From the NCBI RefSeq assembly GCF_006345805.1, contig NC_043006.1, forward strand, positions 28,148,001-28,212,000: 64,000 nt of DNA, in the 5' to 3' direction. Both the position numbers and the translations under genes were made by a program. Source of the DNA: Octopus sinensis (taxonomy: Eukaryota). The notes beneath the pieces are model-generated. The model was not told the DNA's origin. It saw only the letters and a list, made by a program, of their open reading frames with translations, and did not search any database. Below, one piece after another: positions 10,201-24,101 of this stretch (positions are counted from its first letter, which is position 1; each line of letters starts with the position of its first letter).

Positions 10201-13200
10201 GAGCATGTCTGGCAGTACACTCGCGCAGATATACAAAGAATGTATGTGTTTGTATTTATATTTGATGGTTTCGATTCCAGCATGGTCATAAAACTACACG
10301 TTAAAAAAACTTTTTTTGGTTTTTTCAGTTTTCATATTGAGTTATTTATCTTCCTCCAAAATTTCACAACTGTATTTTTGAGGAGTTGGTTTAAACCCTA
10401 CGGAAGGAGACATATTTATGCTTTATATGTGTTTCTGGTATCATCCAGATCAAATTTGCGTTCCCCTTACGGGGACTCTCGGAATAGCTATCACTACCTC
10501 GTGGGTAAAGAAAAGAGCAAGGAATTACATATTTTCCTTCATTTTGCTTTTTTAGTATTCCTGTATTTCATGCAACGGCGATTACGATTCTCAATGAATC
10601 TTCTCAAAAAATTAAAATTGTTATGCATTTGCTCCCCAGTTCCGCGCATTTACTTTTCTCGTGTGGTAGTGACAGCTATTCCGAATGTCCGTCCCATTTC
10701 CTTACTTTGGGCAGAAACGATAAAACCAATATTAGTAATATATTGGTTTTATCGATTCTGTTGATTATATGCCAGTTCATTATAAAACTAACATTCCACC
10801 AATTTGGCACATGACCATACAGTTATTGAAAGAGAAGTTGGGTGGAGTAGTTGATTAACTTTACCCGTCAGTAAATTATCTTATCGAACCCTCCATCCCC
10901 AGTGAAATTCGAAGTCAAACACAAAATCGAGATTAAATATTACAAGACAATTGTACTATCTTCGAACGTATCTGCTTCACTTCCTGGTTTCTTCATAATG
11001 TCGTCATTCTCGACTTTTAAACCGGTCTCCACTCACATCATTGGCACTAAATTCAGAGGTCCTATCAGCAAAGAACCCGTTTCCCTATTCCCTGACAAAT
11101 ATGTAGATTTTTTAAAAAAGATGCCGAATGATTTTAAAAGAATAAGAAAGGAAACTCGTGGCGTTTATGCGTTTCTCTAGGACGTTGACTACGAAAATAA
11201 AGTGAAATAGTCACAACCAAAAAGTAAAACCGAGTTGGCGATGGTCATTGATATTCTGGAGTTGATTCTGTCATAATTTGAGTATCTTTCGCCTTTTACT
11301 TGTTTCAGTCACTGGATTGCAGCCTGCTAGGGCACGCCTTAAGGGGTTTAGTCGAACAAATCGGTCCGAGTACATGTTTTAAAGTCTGCGATTTATTCTG
11401 TTGGTATCTTTTACTGAACCATTAAGTTACAGGATGTAAGCCAACCAACACCAGTTATGAAGGGGGTCGTAACAAACACAAAGACACATACATATATACA
11501 ATGTGTTTCTGGACTGTTTCTGTCTGATAAATGCACTCACAAGGCATTTGTCGGCGAAGGCTATAGCAGAAAACGCTTACCCAAGGTGCCGTGCAGTGAG
11601 ACTGAATCCGAAACAACGAGGTAGCAAAGTGAACTTCTTAACCACACAACCTATGTGCAAAATAAATAAATAAATAAATTTCGAGTATTTAGAAGGTGGT
11701 TGCAGAGATTGCAAATGCAGTGGAACATTGTACTGAATGCTTTATAGACGTGGCTGTGTGGCTACATGGATTCAATTTCGATCCTATTTCAAGGTACCTT
11801 GAACCTCGGGTTAACCAGTGCCTTATCAGTAAAATTTGGCAGAATTTGTGGAAGTTCCTTAGATGGAATGTTCTTGTTTTAAGGTAGCAAAATCAATCCG
11901 TCACCCAATTTAATACTATTACTTAAATCTTGGATGACTTTCGCGGAGTGATTTCTGTTCTAAGACTTTGGCGCAAGGCTCCAGTCTTATGGTAACATTC
12001 TCCATTCCTTCCATCAGTTTTAGAAAAGAGTCACAGGCGCCGACCTCCCGCTTCTAGCCCAACTTCTGATATATTAGTGTTACTTTTGCATTTTGAGAAA
12101 AGACCTTTTGTTTTGGCAAAATAAATATTCCCATGCATTGGACTCTATCGACCAATCAGGAGATCTACACAGGAAAATGTAAAGAAATTTCCAGTTCACC
12201 AAATCAGAGTCTCATTTTCACTTACCGATTGTTATGGAGGTGCATAGCTTACTGATTAAGGTACTGGATCCACGATCGTGAGATTTCTGGACCAGGCGGC
12301 ACGTTGTGCCTTTGAGCAAAGCTCTTCATTACACGTTGCTGAAAATGAATCCCATCAGTTGGGAGTTAACCTTGTAACAGATAAGTTCTATTCAGTGAGG
12401 TGAGGGGACTTTTGTGCTCTTAAGTAGCTTATACACTTCTCAGACCGGAGTAAACTCCGGCCAAGTGAGTCTGTAGGCTCGTGACCAAGTGCAATGTATA
12501 AATACCACAACTATTCCAGTCGCGGCCATCCGTTTTTTCTATAGAAAACTCAGTAATATATTATCAAATATGTTCTTTTCTTAGGCAGTAGGGTATGATT
12601 TAATGGACATTTGGTTGGTATTTTTAGCAAGTCGAGTTACTGCGTGAAAGCTCCTTCTTTGAAGGTATTGTGGACTGTTTCATTCAGAATATTTTGGAGT
12701 AGCAGAATCAATCAACCCCAAGTTAGTTGGTATATTTATACGTCAGGAGAATTTGGTAGACGGAAACTGTAAAAGACCGTCAGCAGAGCCTTTCTTGTCT
12801 TTTTGGGATGGGAGGGTAGGTGAGGGAGTAGACTTAATTGGTCGCCCGGTTTAACGCCATCTGAACTTTTGAGGAGTACACCCTGTTCTAATAATTTGGC
12901 CTTATTTTCTGGTGTGAGAATAACTTGCCTCTTTACTGCCACAGGTTGCGGAGGCCCTGAAAAAAGGTCATGGATGAAGCATAGTTTCATTCCATGACCT
13001 TCGCAAACCTTGCTCAATCCCGAGATTTCTGGCGGTAAATTTCCACAGAAATATCAAATTCATTTTTATTTAAATCGTCAGTGACTGAGGCGATAAGTTG
13101 TAATATTAGAAACCGAGATTCGTATCTGTTACTGACTGGCACTGCAGTTTTACTACTTACTCATAATTTTCACTGGTCCAGTCAGTCCAATTAGCTGTCT

Positions 13201-14126
13201 GTTTGCAATACAAAGTCGACTCCGCTAAGGTCACCCAATCACCTAACGGTGGTCGGTGTTCAATTTGGTCCACATTATTAATAAGTCCATATGACTTTAA
13301 TTAACTTGTAATATCAAGTTCCAGACATTCTGAACATGACAGTCCACATTAGCTTCAAAGAAGGAACCTGCACGTGGTCGTTCGATATGCTAAAAAATAG
13401 TAACCGAATCTTTATCCACTCACATTTTAGGACATGTTTGAAAATATAACACCAAGTTTTCTGTAGCTAAGACGGAAGACACAACCGGAATTATTTTGAA
13501 CACAATCCTACTCGATCAAGATGACCTCGGGTTAAACTCTAAAGGTCAACGGTACAAGACACGTATATAAATGTGAATATCAACTTTTTTACTCAGAAGT
13601 GTATGCGACTGTAAAGTGCTGACCTGCTGAAATAGCAGTCAAAATTTTCCTCAAATCACACGCTTACCGTCCTAAAATGGAATAACACATTGGACACAGA
13701 AGATTCTGATATAAAAAGGAAACTGAATAGATCCTATGAAAATAATACGGGATGGTCATGACTAGAATGACTTTGATCTGCTCGATCGGGACTGACCTGG
13801 AGCTAAACACCAATTGTATGAGATATATTTGGAAGATATAGCTCGACATTAAAGCATAATGACGAGTATAAACTATCTGTATGAGTATATGAGTATCGTA
13901 TACTCTGTATGAGTATCTGTATGAGTATCTGTATGAGTATCTGTATGACTATCTGTATGAGTATCTGTATGAGTATCTGATGACGATGACGATGATGATG
14001 ACGACGACGATCATGATGTTGACAGCCGTCTGCTTTTTTAAATCGAGCCTGTTTATGTGAAGAAATACTCTCCCCCCCTCTTTCCCCTCCAGCTCTTTCC
14101 CCCTCCCCCCTCTCTCTCTCCCTCCC

Positions 14127-14181
<55 letters not shown>

Positions 14182-14792
14182 GTATGTAGGTGTTACAGTG
14201 ACATGTATTATATAACATTGCACAACACACGTATATATGTATGTGTATATATATATATATAATAGAAATATTAAAATATAAGTCTCTCTAAAGAGAACAG
14301 CGGCAGCGTTCCCGAAAATAATAGTTATCGCCATACTAATATGGCTTCTTATAAATAAAAAAAAGCTGTCCGCTTATTAGCTCCATGAGGCCATCGCCTT
14401 AAGTTAGCTATTTGATACACAAACTGTATCCTATAACCTTCGAACAGGGAGGTCAGTCGCTCCACACTACTTGACCGGCAGCTACAGACGCGTTCGGGGT
14501 ATTGCCCCTTTTCAATGCAGCGTAGCCAGCCAGTAGGTTCGCTTCCGACAATCTCTGTTGATGGTTTTATTTACCTAGTTTCGGTGTACATCCACTTGTT
14601 TTCAATAATAGAAATATTAAAATACCTAAGCTGCCGGTCAAGTAGTGTGGAGCGACTGACCTCCCTTGTCGAAGGTTATATGGATACAGTTTGTGTATCA
14701 AATAGCTAACTTAAGGCGATGGCCTCATGGAGCTAATAAGCACAGCTTTTTCTTATTTTTATAAGAATCCATATTAGTATGGCGATAACTAT

Positions 14793-14828
<36 letters not shown>

Positions 14829-14964
14829 ATATGTTAATAAAATAGAATATATGCAATATATAAACATATAACGTACTACCTCTACATGTACATATACACG
14901 CATATATGTGTACAGGACACCAAAAAGACATATATATATATATATATAATATATATATATATAT

Positions 14965-15007
<43 letters not shown>

Positions 15008-17467
15008 TTTTTGGTGTCCTGTACACATATATCGTGTATATGTACATGTAGAGGTAGGTACTACATTATGTTTATATGTAGGTATATACTGAAGGCGGCG
15101 AGCTGGCAGAAGCGTTAGCACGCCGGGCGAAATGCGTAGCCGTATTTCGTCTGTCGTTACGTTCTGTGTTCAAATTCCGCCGAGGTCGACTTTGCCTTGC
15201 ATCCTTTCGGGGTCGATAAATTAAGTACCAGTTACGCACTGGGGTCGATGTAATCGACTTAATCCCTTTGTCTGTCCTTGTTTGTCCCCTCCGTGTTTAG
15301 CCCCTTGTGGGTAGTAAAGAAATATATATATATATATAGGTATATGTGCGTGTAAGTTATTTGTTATATAACAAATACACATTGTCTATCTGTGTGCATG
15401 TGTTTTATATATATATATATATATATGTATGTATATGTTATATAACATACATATATAAATATGTATGTGTCATTGTGTGTGTATGCTATGTTGCTATGTT
15501 ATATAACATCTCTTTCTCTCTGTCTCTCTATCTTTCACACAATACAAATATGTGTTTGTGTGTGTGTTATATTGATGTGTTATGTAACACGTATCACATA
15601 TGCACATACACACACGTGTCTATGTGTGTTATACTGATGTGTTATATATAATCCATATAACACATGCACGCGTGCGTCTGTGTTTGGTGAATTGAAGCAA
15701 AGTATCAATCAGATCTGAGTAACTTATGGTCTTTTTAAGAAACAAATTGCCATTTTAGCTTCTGCAATGGCTGGCGATGCTGCCACCAAATTGTTTACCG
15801 TTGACTTTTATGCAATGTTGTCCAGAAACCTTTAGTTGCTTCGACAGTCATGATTCAGCAAGTTTTCAAAATGGTCTTTCAATCTGTTATTGCCGGTTCT
15901 TTTATATGCTTTGCACCATCATTAGATCGGAATAGGGCTGGATTTACTCTGACCATAGATTGTAGTAGCTTTCATGAAGAAACTTGTATGTCATGCACCC
16001 ACCCTCTGGATTTCAAGTGCTTTGGCTGGTCACCTATTGTAATTCATTGTAATTGTTTATTCTGGACCGCAGCCCTTCTCTTTTTCATTTTGCTGGCAAG
16101 CTTTCCTTTTGCACTTATTTTTCTTGGTATTTTGGAAGATCTGAAAAGCCGCCTCCTTTTTGTTGACCAGTATCTTGGATTTGGGCGTTGTTTTGAGCAA
16201 ATCAACCCTGGTGTTTCCTTACTGTGAAAGCTAAGGGCTCCTGACAAACTGTAGAAATGCTTATCCTTTGATCTCACCAGGTGTTTTCAACTCTGCCATA
16301 ATAATCATTTGCGCACACGGGCAGTTTGTTGAGAATTGCGAGTACGTCCAATATCTGGGTAGTTACCTATCTCAGAACGCAGTTATTGGTTAGGAGATCA
16401 GACAGAATGTATAGGTACAATTTCTGGTAGCCTGAGAAAATGATTCTAAGAAGGTCATGGTGTGAGAAAAACACACAAACTTTTCTGAGGCCCCCGCTGT
16501 GTCCACCGTACAGCTTTGTAAGCTGGAAATAATTTTTCAAATTTTGGCGCAAGGACAGTAGTTTCAGAGGGAGAGGCTAGTCAATGTTATTGACCCCAGC
16601 ATTTGACTGGTACTTTGTTTCATCGACCTCAAATGGATGAAAGGCAAAGTTTAGCTAGACTGGATTTCTACACAGAACGTATAAAACCGAAAGAAAAGTT
16701 GCTAAGCATTTTGTCCGACATATTAACGGTTCTGCTAGCGCGAAGGGCAAATTATGCAGATTCAGTGGCAAAAAAGACGTGCGTGGGTGGAATCAGAGTA
16801 CACGAACAAGCCAATATTTCTTGCATGAAAAGGCGGCGAGCTGGCAGAGACGTTAGCACGCCGGGCGAAATGCTTAGCGGTATTCGTCTGTCGCTACATT
16901 CTGAGTTCAAATTCCGCCGAGGTCGACTTTGCTTTCTATCCTTTCGGGGTCGATTAAATAAGTACCATTTACGCACTGGGGTCGATATAGTCGCCTTAAT
17001 CCGTTTGTCTGTCCTTGTTCGTCCTCTCTGTGTTTAGCCCCTTGTGAGTAGTAAAGAAATAGGTATTCGTCTGCCGCTACGTTCTGAGTTCAAATTCCAC
17101 CGAGGTCACTTTGCCTTTCATCCTTTCGGGGTCGATTAAAGAAGTCGATGGGGGTCGATGTAATCGACTTAATCCGTTTGTCTATCCTTGTTTGTCCCTT
17201 CTGTGTTTAGCCCCTTGTGGGTAGTAAAGAAATAGGTATTTCATCTGTCGTTATGTACTGAGTTCAAATTCCATCGAGGTCAACTTTGCGTTTCATCCTT
17301 TCGGGGACGATAAATTAAGTGCCTGTTGCGTACTGGGGTCGATCTAATCAACTGAACCCCCTTCCCCCAAAAATTCGGGCCTTGTGCCTAGAGTAGAAAA
17401 GAATACCTCCTGCATGAAATCATGATTGTGTATGTGCACGCGCACACACACATGTATATACATATAA

Positions 17468-17504
<37 letters not shown>

Positions 17505-18052
17505 TCACATCGGACAAGAAATGGGACAAGAACGCAAAACAGTTAGGTGATACAAAAATGGGACAATAAAACATCCAGATAGACGATACAAAGGAAACAA
17601 GGACGGGTCATTAAAGGTTTTCGTTCCTCAGTCAAGTATCAGATTATCTTCGCAATGTCGGCTGATTATACTTGAGATTGCTCCAAGCTGGCCAGCCCCA
17701 AGGAAAAACTAAGCGAAGAGCATTCAGCCAAAATTTCGAAGATAATCTGGTACTTGACTAAGGAAAGAAAACTTCGAATGACCCGTCCTTGTTTTCTTTG
17801 TATCGTCTATCTGGATGTTTTGTCGTCCCGTTTTTGTATCACCTAACTGCCCAGATATTTTACATTCTTGTCCCATTTTGTATAGATTCACACGAGTATA
17901 AATGTATATAGTTCATAGATGAGAATCAGATATTCTCCGTATAGAATACACTTACAAGTGCTGAAGAGAATTAAACTTGAGCAGGTTTAGAAATAAATGT
18001 AGGGATAAGCAAAGATTAATATATTAAGTTTTGCTGCATTAATACATACGCG

Positions 18053-18139
<87 letters not shown>

Positions 18140-18141
18140 CT

Positions 18142-18194
<53 letters not shown>

Positions 18195-21100
18195 CGAACA
18201 GAAGCTGGGTGCGCCAGGCTATTAGAGTTGTCCAATGTGAAGATCAATAACTAGAAACTATTCCAAAGGAAACACGATAAAATATAAATTCACGTAATTT
18301 TCCATTCAGCCTTGATAAAACCGGAAACAGAAATAATGTGTATATAGGAGGATCAAATAACTACAGTTCCCTCGTAATTTTCTACAAAGGACTTAAATAC
18401 TGCTTGTATCTAGTGTGAATCCTTGCATGCATATATTTAAGTTTTTAGACATTGAACAAAATGACAAGAGTTTAACTGAGTCGGAAAATTATCAACCACT
18501 AACGCGAAGCAAAGTCGCAAATGGGATAATTCCACTGGTTGCAGTATCGTGATCCATTTATTGAATCTTCAACACTTTCATAGAAGTTTAAAAACTGAGC
18601 TGTTATTCTCATTATTGACAGCTTCTTTTCTCTCTCGGCGAAATGCCAGCAAGCATATCAAAGGATAAATGGTATATTTAGATTCCTTCAACAGTAGTAA
18701 CAACCATTTAGACCGGCAGAAATTGTAAAGAGGTCATCAACTCTAGTTGAATCATACCCACAAGTTTCTGGAAGAACAATTTGGTGAAAAATTTGTGCAG
18801 ATAACTTTAAAATGATCTTGCTATTCATGCTGGCGCCAGAAAAGACCTTGAACATTTTCAGTTTTATCATTTGATTATTGACAATTTTTCAAAGTTTTAT
18901 TTTATAAATGTAGGAAATGCTTTGCGCCTCTATTTGTCACTCTTGATTACCAACTGTAGCCGAGAACGCTTATTTTCAAAACTGGAAGAATTAAAACTGA
19001 ACTAAGAAGTATCATGTGACAAAATAGACTGAACGATTTCATTGAAACGATCAGTGGACAAAAATATTTCCAATATCGGCAAATAGATTTGGTCAAGCTA
19101 GAAAACGTAACTCTTCAGTAGTGGTTAACAGAGATTTCTGTTTTAATTATGACCCCTTCGTAACATATAAAAAAAAATCAATCAAATAAAAACGTTGACC
19201 TAGTGCTACTATATTCGCCCTCCTACTTCAGTTAAAAATTACAGCCACAAAAATCTCAGTTTCTCAGGTCACCAACTATTTGCCAATCACGGTTTTCTTT
19301 ATTTTCTTAACCTTTGTACTTGTAGTCATCAAGAGAACCATGACATAGTCTCTCAACCTGCCAACCTAGCAAGACAAATTTCTCTCTCAAACCTTACTGT
19401 AACATCTTGAATAATTGTTTCATATTTTGGCGGAAGGCAAGTCATTTTAGGGGAGCAGGCCAGTCATTTACATCGACGCCAGTACTGAAGTGATATATTT
19501 TATTTTATCGACGACGAAAGAAAATGAAAGGCAATCGATTACATCGACCCAAGTGCTCAACTGGTACTTATTTTATCAATTTTGACAGGATGAAAGGCAA
19601 AGTCTACTTCGGAGGAATTTGAACCCAGAACATAAAGCTGGACGAAATACCTATTTCTTTACTACCCACAAGGGGCTAAACACAGAGAGGATAGACAAAC
19701 GGATTAAGTCGATTATATCGACCCCATTGCGTAACTAGAACTTATTTAATCGACCCCAAAAGGATGAAAGGCAAAGTCGACCTCGGCGGAATTTGAACTC
19801 AGAACGTAGCGGCAGACGAAATACCTATTTCTTTACTACCCACAAGGGGCTAAACACAGAGGGGACAAACAAGGACAGACGAACGGATTAAGTTCATTAT
19901 ATCGACGCCCAGTGCGTAACTGGTACTTATTTAATCAACCCCGAAAGGATGAAAGGCAAAGTCGACCTTGGCGGAATTTGAGCTATGAACGTAACGACGG
20001 GCGAAATACCTATTTTTTTACTACCCACAAGGGGGTAAACACCCACAGAGGGGACAAACAAATACAGACAAACGGATTAAGTTGATTATATCGACCCCAG
20101 TGTGTAACTGGTACTTATTTAAGGCAGCGAGCTGGCAGAAACGTTAGCACGCCGGGCGAAACGCGTAGCCGTATTTCGTCTGCCGTTACGTTGTGAGTTC
20201 AAATTCTGCCGAGGTCGACTTTGCCTTTCATCCTTTCGGGGTCGATAAATTAAGTACCAGTTTCGCACTGGGGTCGATGTAATCGACTTACCCTTTGTCT
20301 GTCTTTGTTTGTCCCCTCTATGTTTAGTCCATTGTGGGTAGTAAAGAAATAGGTACTTATTTAATCATCCCGAAAGGAGGAAAGGCAAAGTCGACCTCGG
20401 CGGAATTTGAACTCAGAACATAAAGACAGACGAAATGCCGCTAAGCATTTTGCCCGGCGAACCAGACGATTCTGCCAGCTCCTGCTCACTGCCTTCATAA
20501 TAGTAATAGTAATAATAATAATAATAATAATAATATGATGGAATCTCCCGTCGATGATAACGTATGAGTGTTCAGTTTTTACTGAACGATCTGCACCAAT
20601 GATTTGTTTATAGTGATCAAATGTATGTTCTGCATATCGTGATGTTAGGGTATTTGGTTCACGGTCGTAAGGGCGTGAGTTCGATCCAAAACCAGCAATT
20701 TCGGCGGAGAGGATAAGTCGATTACATGAACCCTAGTGCTCTACCAGTACTTATTTTATCGACCCTGAAGGGATAAATGGCAAAGCCGACCTCGACAGAA
20801 TTTGAACTTAGAATGTAAAGGCGGATGGAATGCCGCTAAGCATGCTAACGGTTCTACCAGCTTGGACCAATGATAATAATTATAGAATTCCTCAAATTTT
20901 TGTGACAGGTATAGTATATCTGCTCCGGCATTTCACTGATATTTTATTTGATCGATCATGAAAGGATGAAAGGCAAAATTGACTATGGTGGGATTTTAAC
21001 ATGAAACTTAACGGATCGTAACATAATACCTATTTCTTTATTACCCACAAGGGGCTAAACATAGACAAACAAGTACAGACAAATGGATTAAGTCGATTAT

Positions 21101-21259
21101 ATCGACCCCAGTGTGTAACTGGTACTTATTTAATCGATCCCGAAAGGAGGAAAGGCAAAGTCGACCTCGGCGGAATTTGAACCCAGAACGTAGCGGCAGG
21201 CGAAATACCGCTAAGCAAATTGCCCGGTGTGCTAACGATTCCGCCAGCTCGCCGCCTTA

Positions 21260-21294
<35 letters not shown>

Positions 21295-21310
21295 TAATAA
21301 TAACAATAAC

Positions 21311-21349
<39 letters not shown>

Positions 21350-24058
21350 TGGCTTTTGATCTTAACTGATTGGAAGTGTTATCATGTACATTGTTTTGTC
21401 TTGGTATAAAAGATGGGTCACAGCAAATATTCTGCTCAATACCATAGATTTATTTGTCAGTTGCTTGATCTTAACCAGTTGAGCATGTCTCTTAGTGGCT
21501 GACAATATGTGCCTTTCTGATCACCAGTAGATGTAATAGGGAGCATCATAGCCATGTGTTGAGAGGAATTCCTTGGGGTTTGAATAATACACCTCTGGAA
21601 CACATAGGTGTTTTGTTCATCATCTTTAAACAACCCTATTCAGGGACCTTTTGAGCGGGATGGGCTACATAACTTGAAGAAAATTCTAACCCTTGCAATG
21701 TCATGCGCTGTTTATCTTGATATGAGATCACCACGCCGCGTACATATAGTTGTGATGCATGTACCCTGTGTACCCTTATCAGACGGGTAATCATGATCAG
21801 TATATTGGGCTTCGTGCATTTGTACTCTAGTGTCACTTTGATGGCATGCTCTGCTCTCTCACTCAATAATAATAATAATAATAATAATAATGATGATGAT
21901 GATTCTTTTCAATTTTGGTACAAGGTCATGTATTTTGAGGGGAGGAGGAAGTCGTTTACAACCTCGAAAGGATGAAAGCAAAGCTGATCTCGGCGAGATT
22001 TGAACTCAGAACATAAAGAGCCGGAAGAAATGTTATTAAGCTTTTTGTTTGACGCGCTAACAATTCTGTCAAATTGTTTCAAACTTTTGGCAAGGTCATC
22101 AGTGTTTAGTGGCAGGGCTTAGTCAATTCCATCGACCCCAGTGTTCAAAAACAATTGCTACTTTCTAATGCTACATGCCGCTGCAGTCTTCATATCAACA
22201 GTCGCTGAACCAGAGGAAAAGAATGACAACCTCTGTCACCACCAAGATGCACCTTCGTTCCACTTGTTACGGTACGCGTAACATAAAGCACTATACTGCG
22301 ATGCAATCTACGATGAACTTCACAACAATGCAACACTGCAGACACACAAAGGATTCGCTCGCCATGGAAGCCAATAAATGCATCATTTCGACAGCTACAT
22401 CCCTAGAAACTAACTGGAAGAAAATATGGAAACCCGCACATACAACCTTTTCGGCACACACCCCCTTTTCGTCTCGTCCCGACATACAGACCCTGCATTG
22501 TCTACGAACTTTTGCACGTATATAAGACTCTCAAATAGACTCTCAGCAACTCTTTTTCTTTGCATGCACATCTTTTTTCACTTTCAGCATTGGTCTTTTA
22601 AGAAAGGACACTATTCTCAGCTAAGTTTGATACCTTTTGTTTACTCATTTCTGTACCGTTCATTTCTTTTGCTGCACCACATACATGTACCTGCATGCTG
22701 ACACTGTCACATTCATACACAACCCCATGCCTTTCTGGCTTGTTTTTCATGTTCCCTGCGCCTTGTAGGCACAACTCTGTAAAACCCAAGGTCGGTCACG
22801 TATACATATAGAAAGCTACTTGTCCTTTACAACGAGGCAGCATGCCACACTTTTGTTCCTGTACGTTCAAGGCATTTAATAAATCACTGCACTAGCATAC
22901 TATCTCAACCACGAGCCCTTTTGCACACACACACGCACCTTTATTGTGCCTACTGCTTTTGAAAAACCTTCAGGGCATTTCACACATTGCAATCCTGCAG
23001 GAAGATCTACCATATCATGGCTTGAGAATACACTCACTCGCTCACCTGAGGTTATTTTACAGTGAATTTTCATACATGCACCTGCACTCATGTATACGCC
23101 CTCATGCGCACGCACGCACTAACTCCTTTTCCGTACTGCCCAGTCACTGACTGCACATTCTGGCATGCAAAGCGATACCGCTATTTAGACTCACTTGAAT
23201 AGATATCTGTCCCGTATACACTTCAGGAATCCTCTCTCCTAATATGCAAAAGTTTTCCTCAGCCATGCATTTCTCTCTCTTACTCGATCGTCCGTTTCCT
23301 TTTCTCGGAATCTCTCTGGAAGAGGAGTGATGTAGTGGCTTCATGCAAGCATAGCGTGGATTCGATCCTCGATAGCCAAATTTCACTTTACATTTCAACA
23401 GCACTTTTCTCACGGTAAATCAATAGTTTTTCTGTGAGTGACAGTAGTTACATTTGCCAGAAGCCTTCGCTAAGTAGAATAATGTCTTTGCCACTTGACC
23501 CTTCTAACCTCTTCTTGGCCACCAAAAGCTAGAATAGAGATAACAGACCTCCAACAGAATCAATTGTCCTCAACAATATGTCTATCCTTCTAGCTGGTTT
23601 TGGATAGTTATAAATACTAGAAATTGATAAGGCAAAATCAGTTAATGTGAGCGACTATCAGTTAGGGAACAGAGACCAACTAGAGTCATGACCACAAGCA
23701 AGCAGCCACTAAAGACAAACGGCCAGAGGGAGAAAGAAGGTTACAACCAGCCAACTATGAAACACAACTTCCCTCGACTCTATAACTTTCGCTAGCTCAA
23801 TTTCTTTTCTCTTACAACATCATTCTACCATTATCTCTGGTTTACTACTCCAATAAGAACGTGTACATACATACTGGCCGAAATTAACTTTTTACCTCTC
23901 ATGCTTTTCCACTTATACTTTTACACGCAACTGCCCGTCGAGGCATGGCATTATATTAAGTAACGGTAAATAAAAAATTGGAGTCAACATCAACTTTGAT
24001 CACTGTTCTTCGTTCATCTTTCACATCTTTCAACATGCCGTTACAACTACAATAACCG

Positions 24059-24101
<43 letters not shown>

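Noticed and set aside
9934-10764. 276-aa ORF directly after the exon 1 donor
   Set aside because: F/L/I-rich composition typical of T-rich non-coding DNA, runs through a (CA)n tract, no recognisable motif; lies in the inferred intron.
10902-11180. 92-aa ORF as a possible extra exon
   Set aside because: No ADAMTS similarity, and exon 1 already joins exon 2 in phase.
17640-17790. Hammerhead in the 17519-17878 palindrome (CTGAGGAACGAAA)
   Set aside because: No stem II between CTGAGGA and GAAA; the alternative pairing leaves a 15-nt junction that does not fit the core.
22175-23130. Moderately GC-rich ORFs as gene or TE coding fragments
   Set aside because: No motif I can recognise in any frame and no consistent splice pattern.
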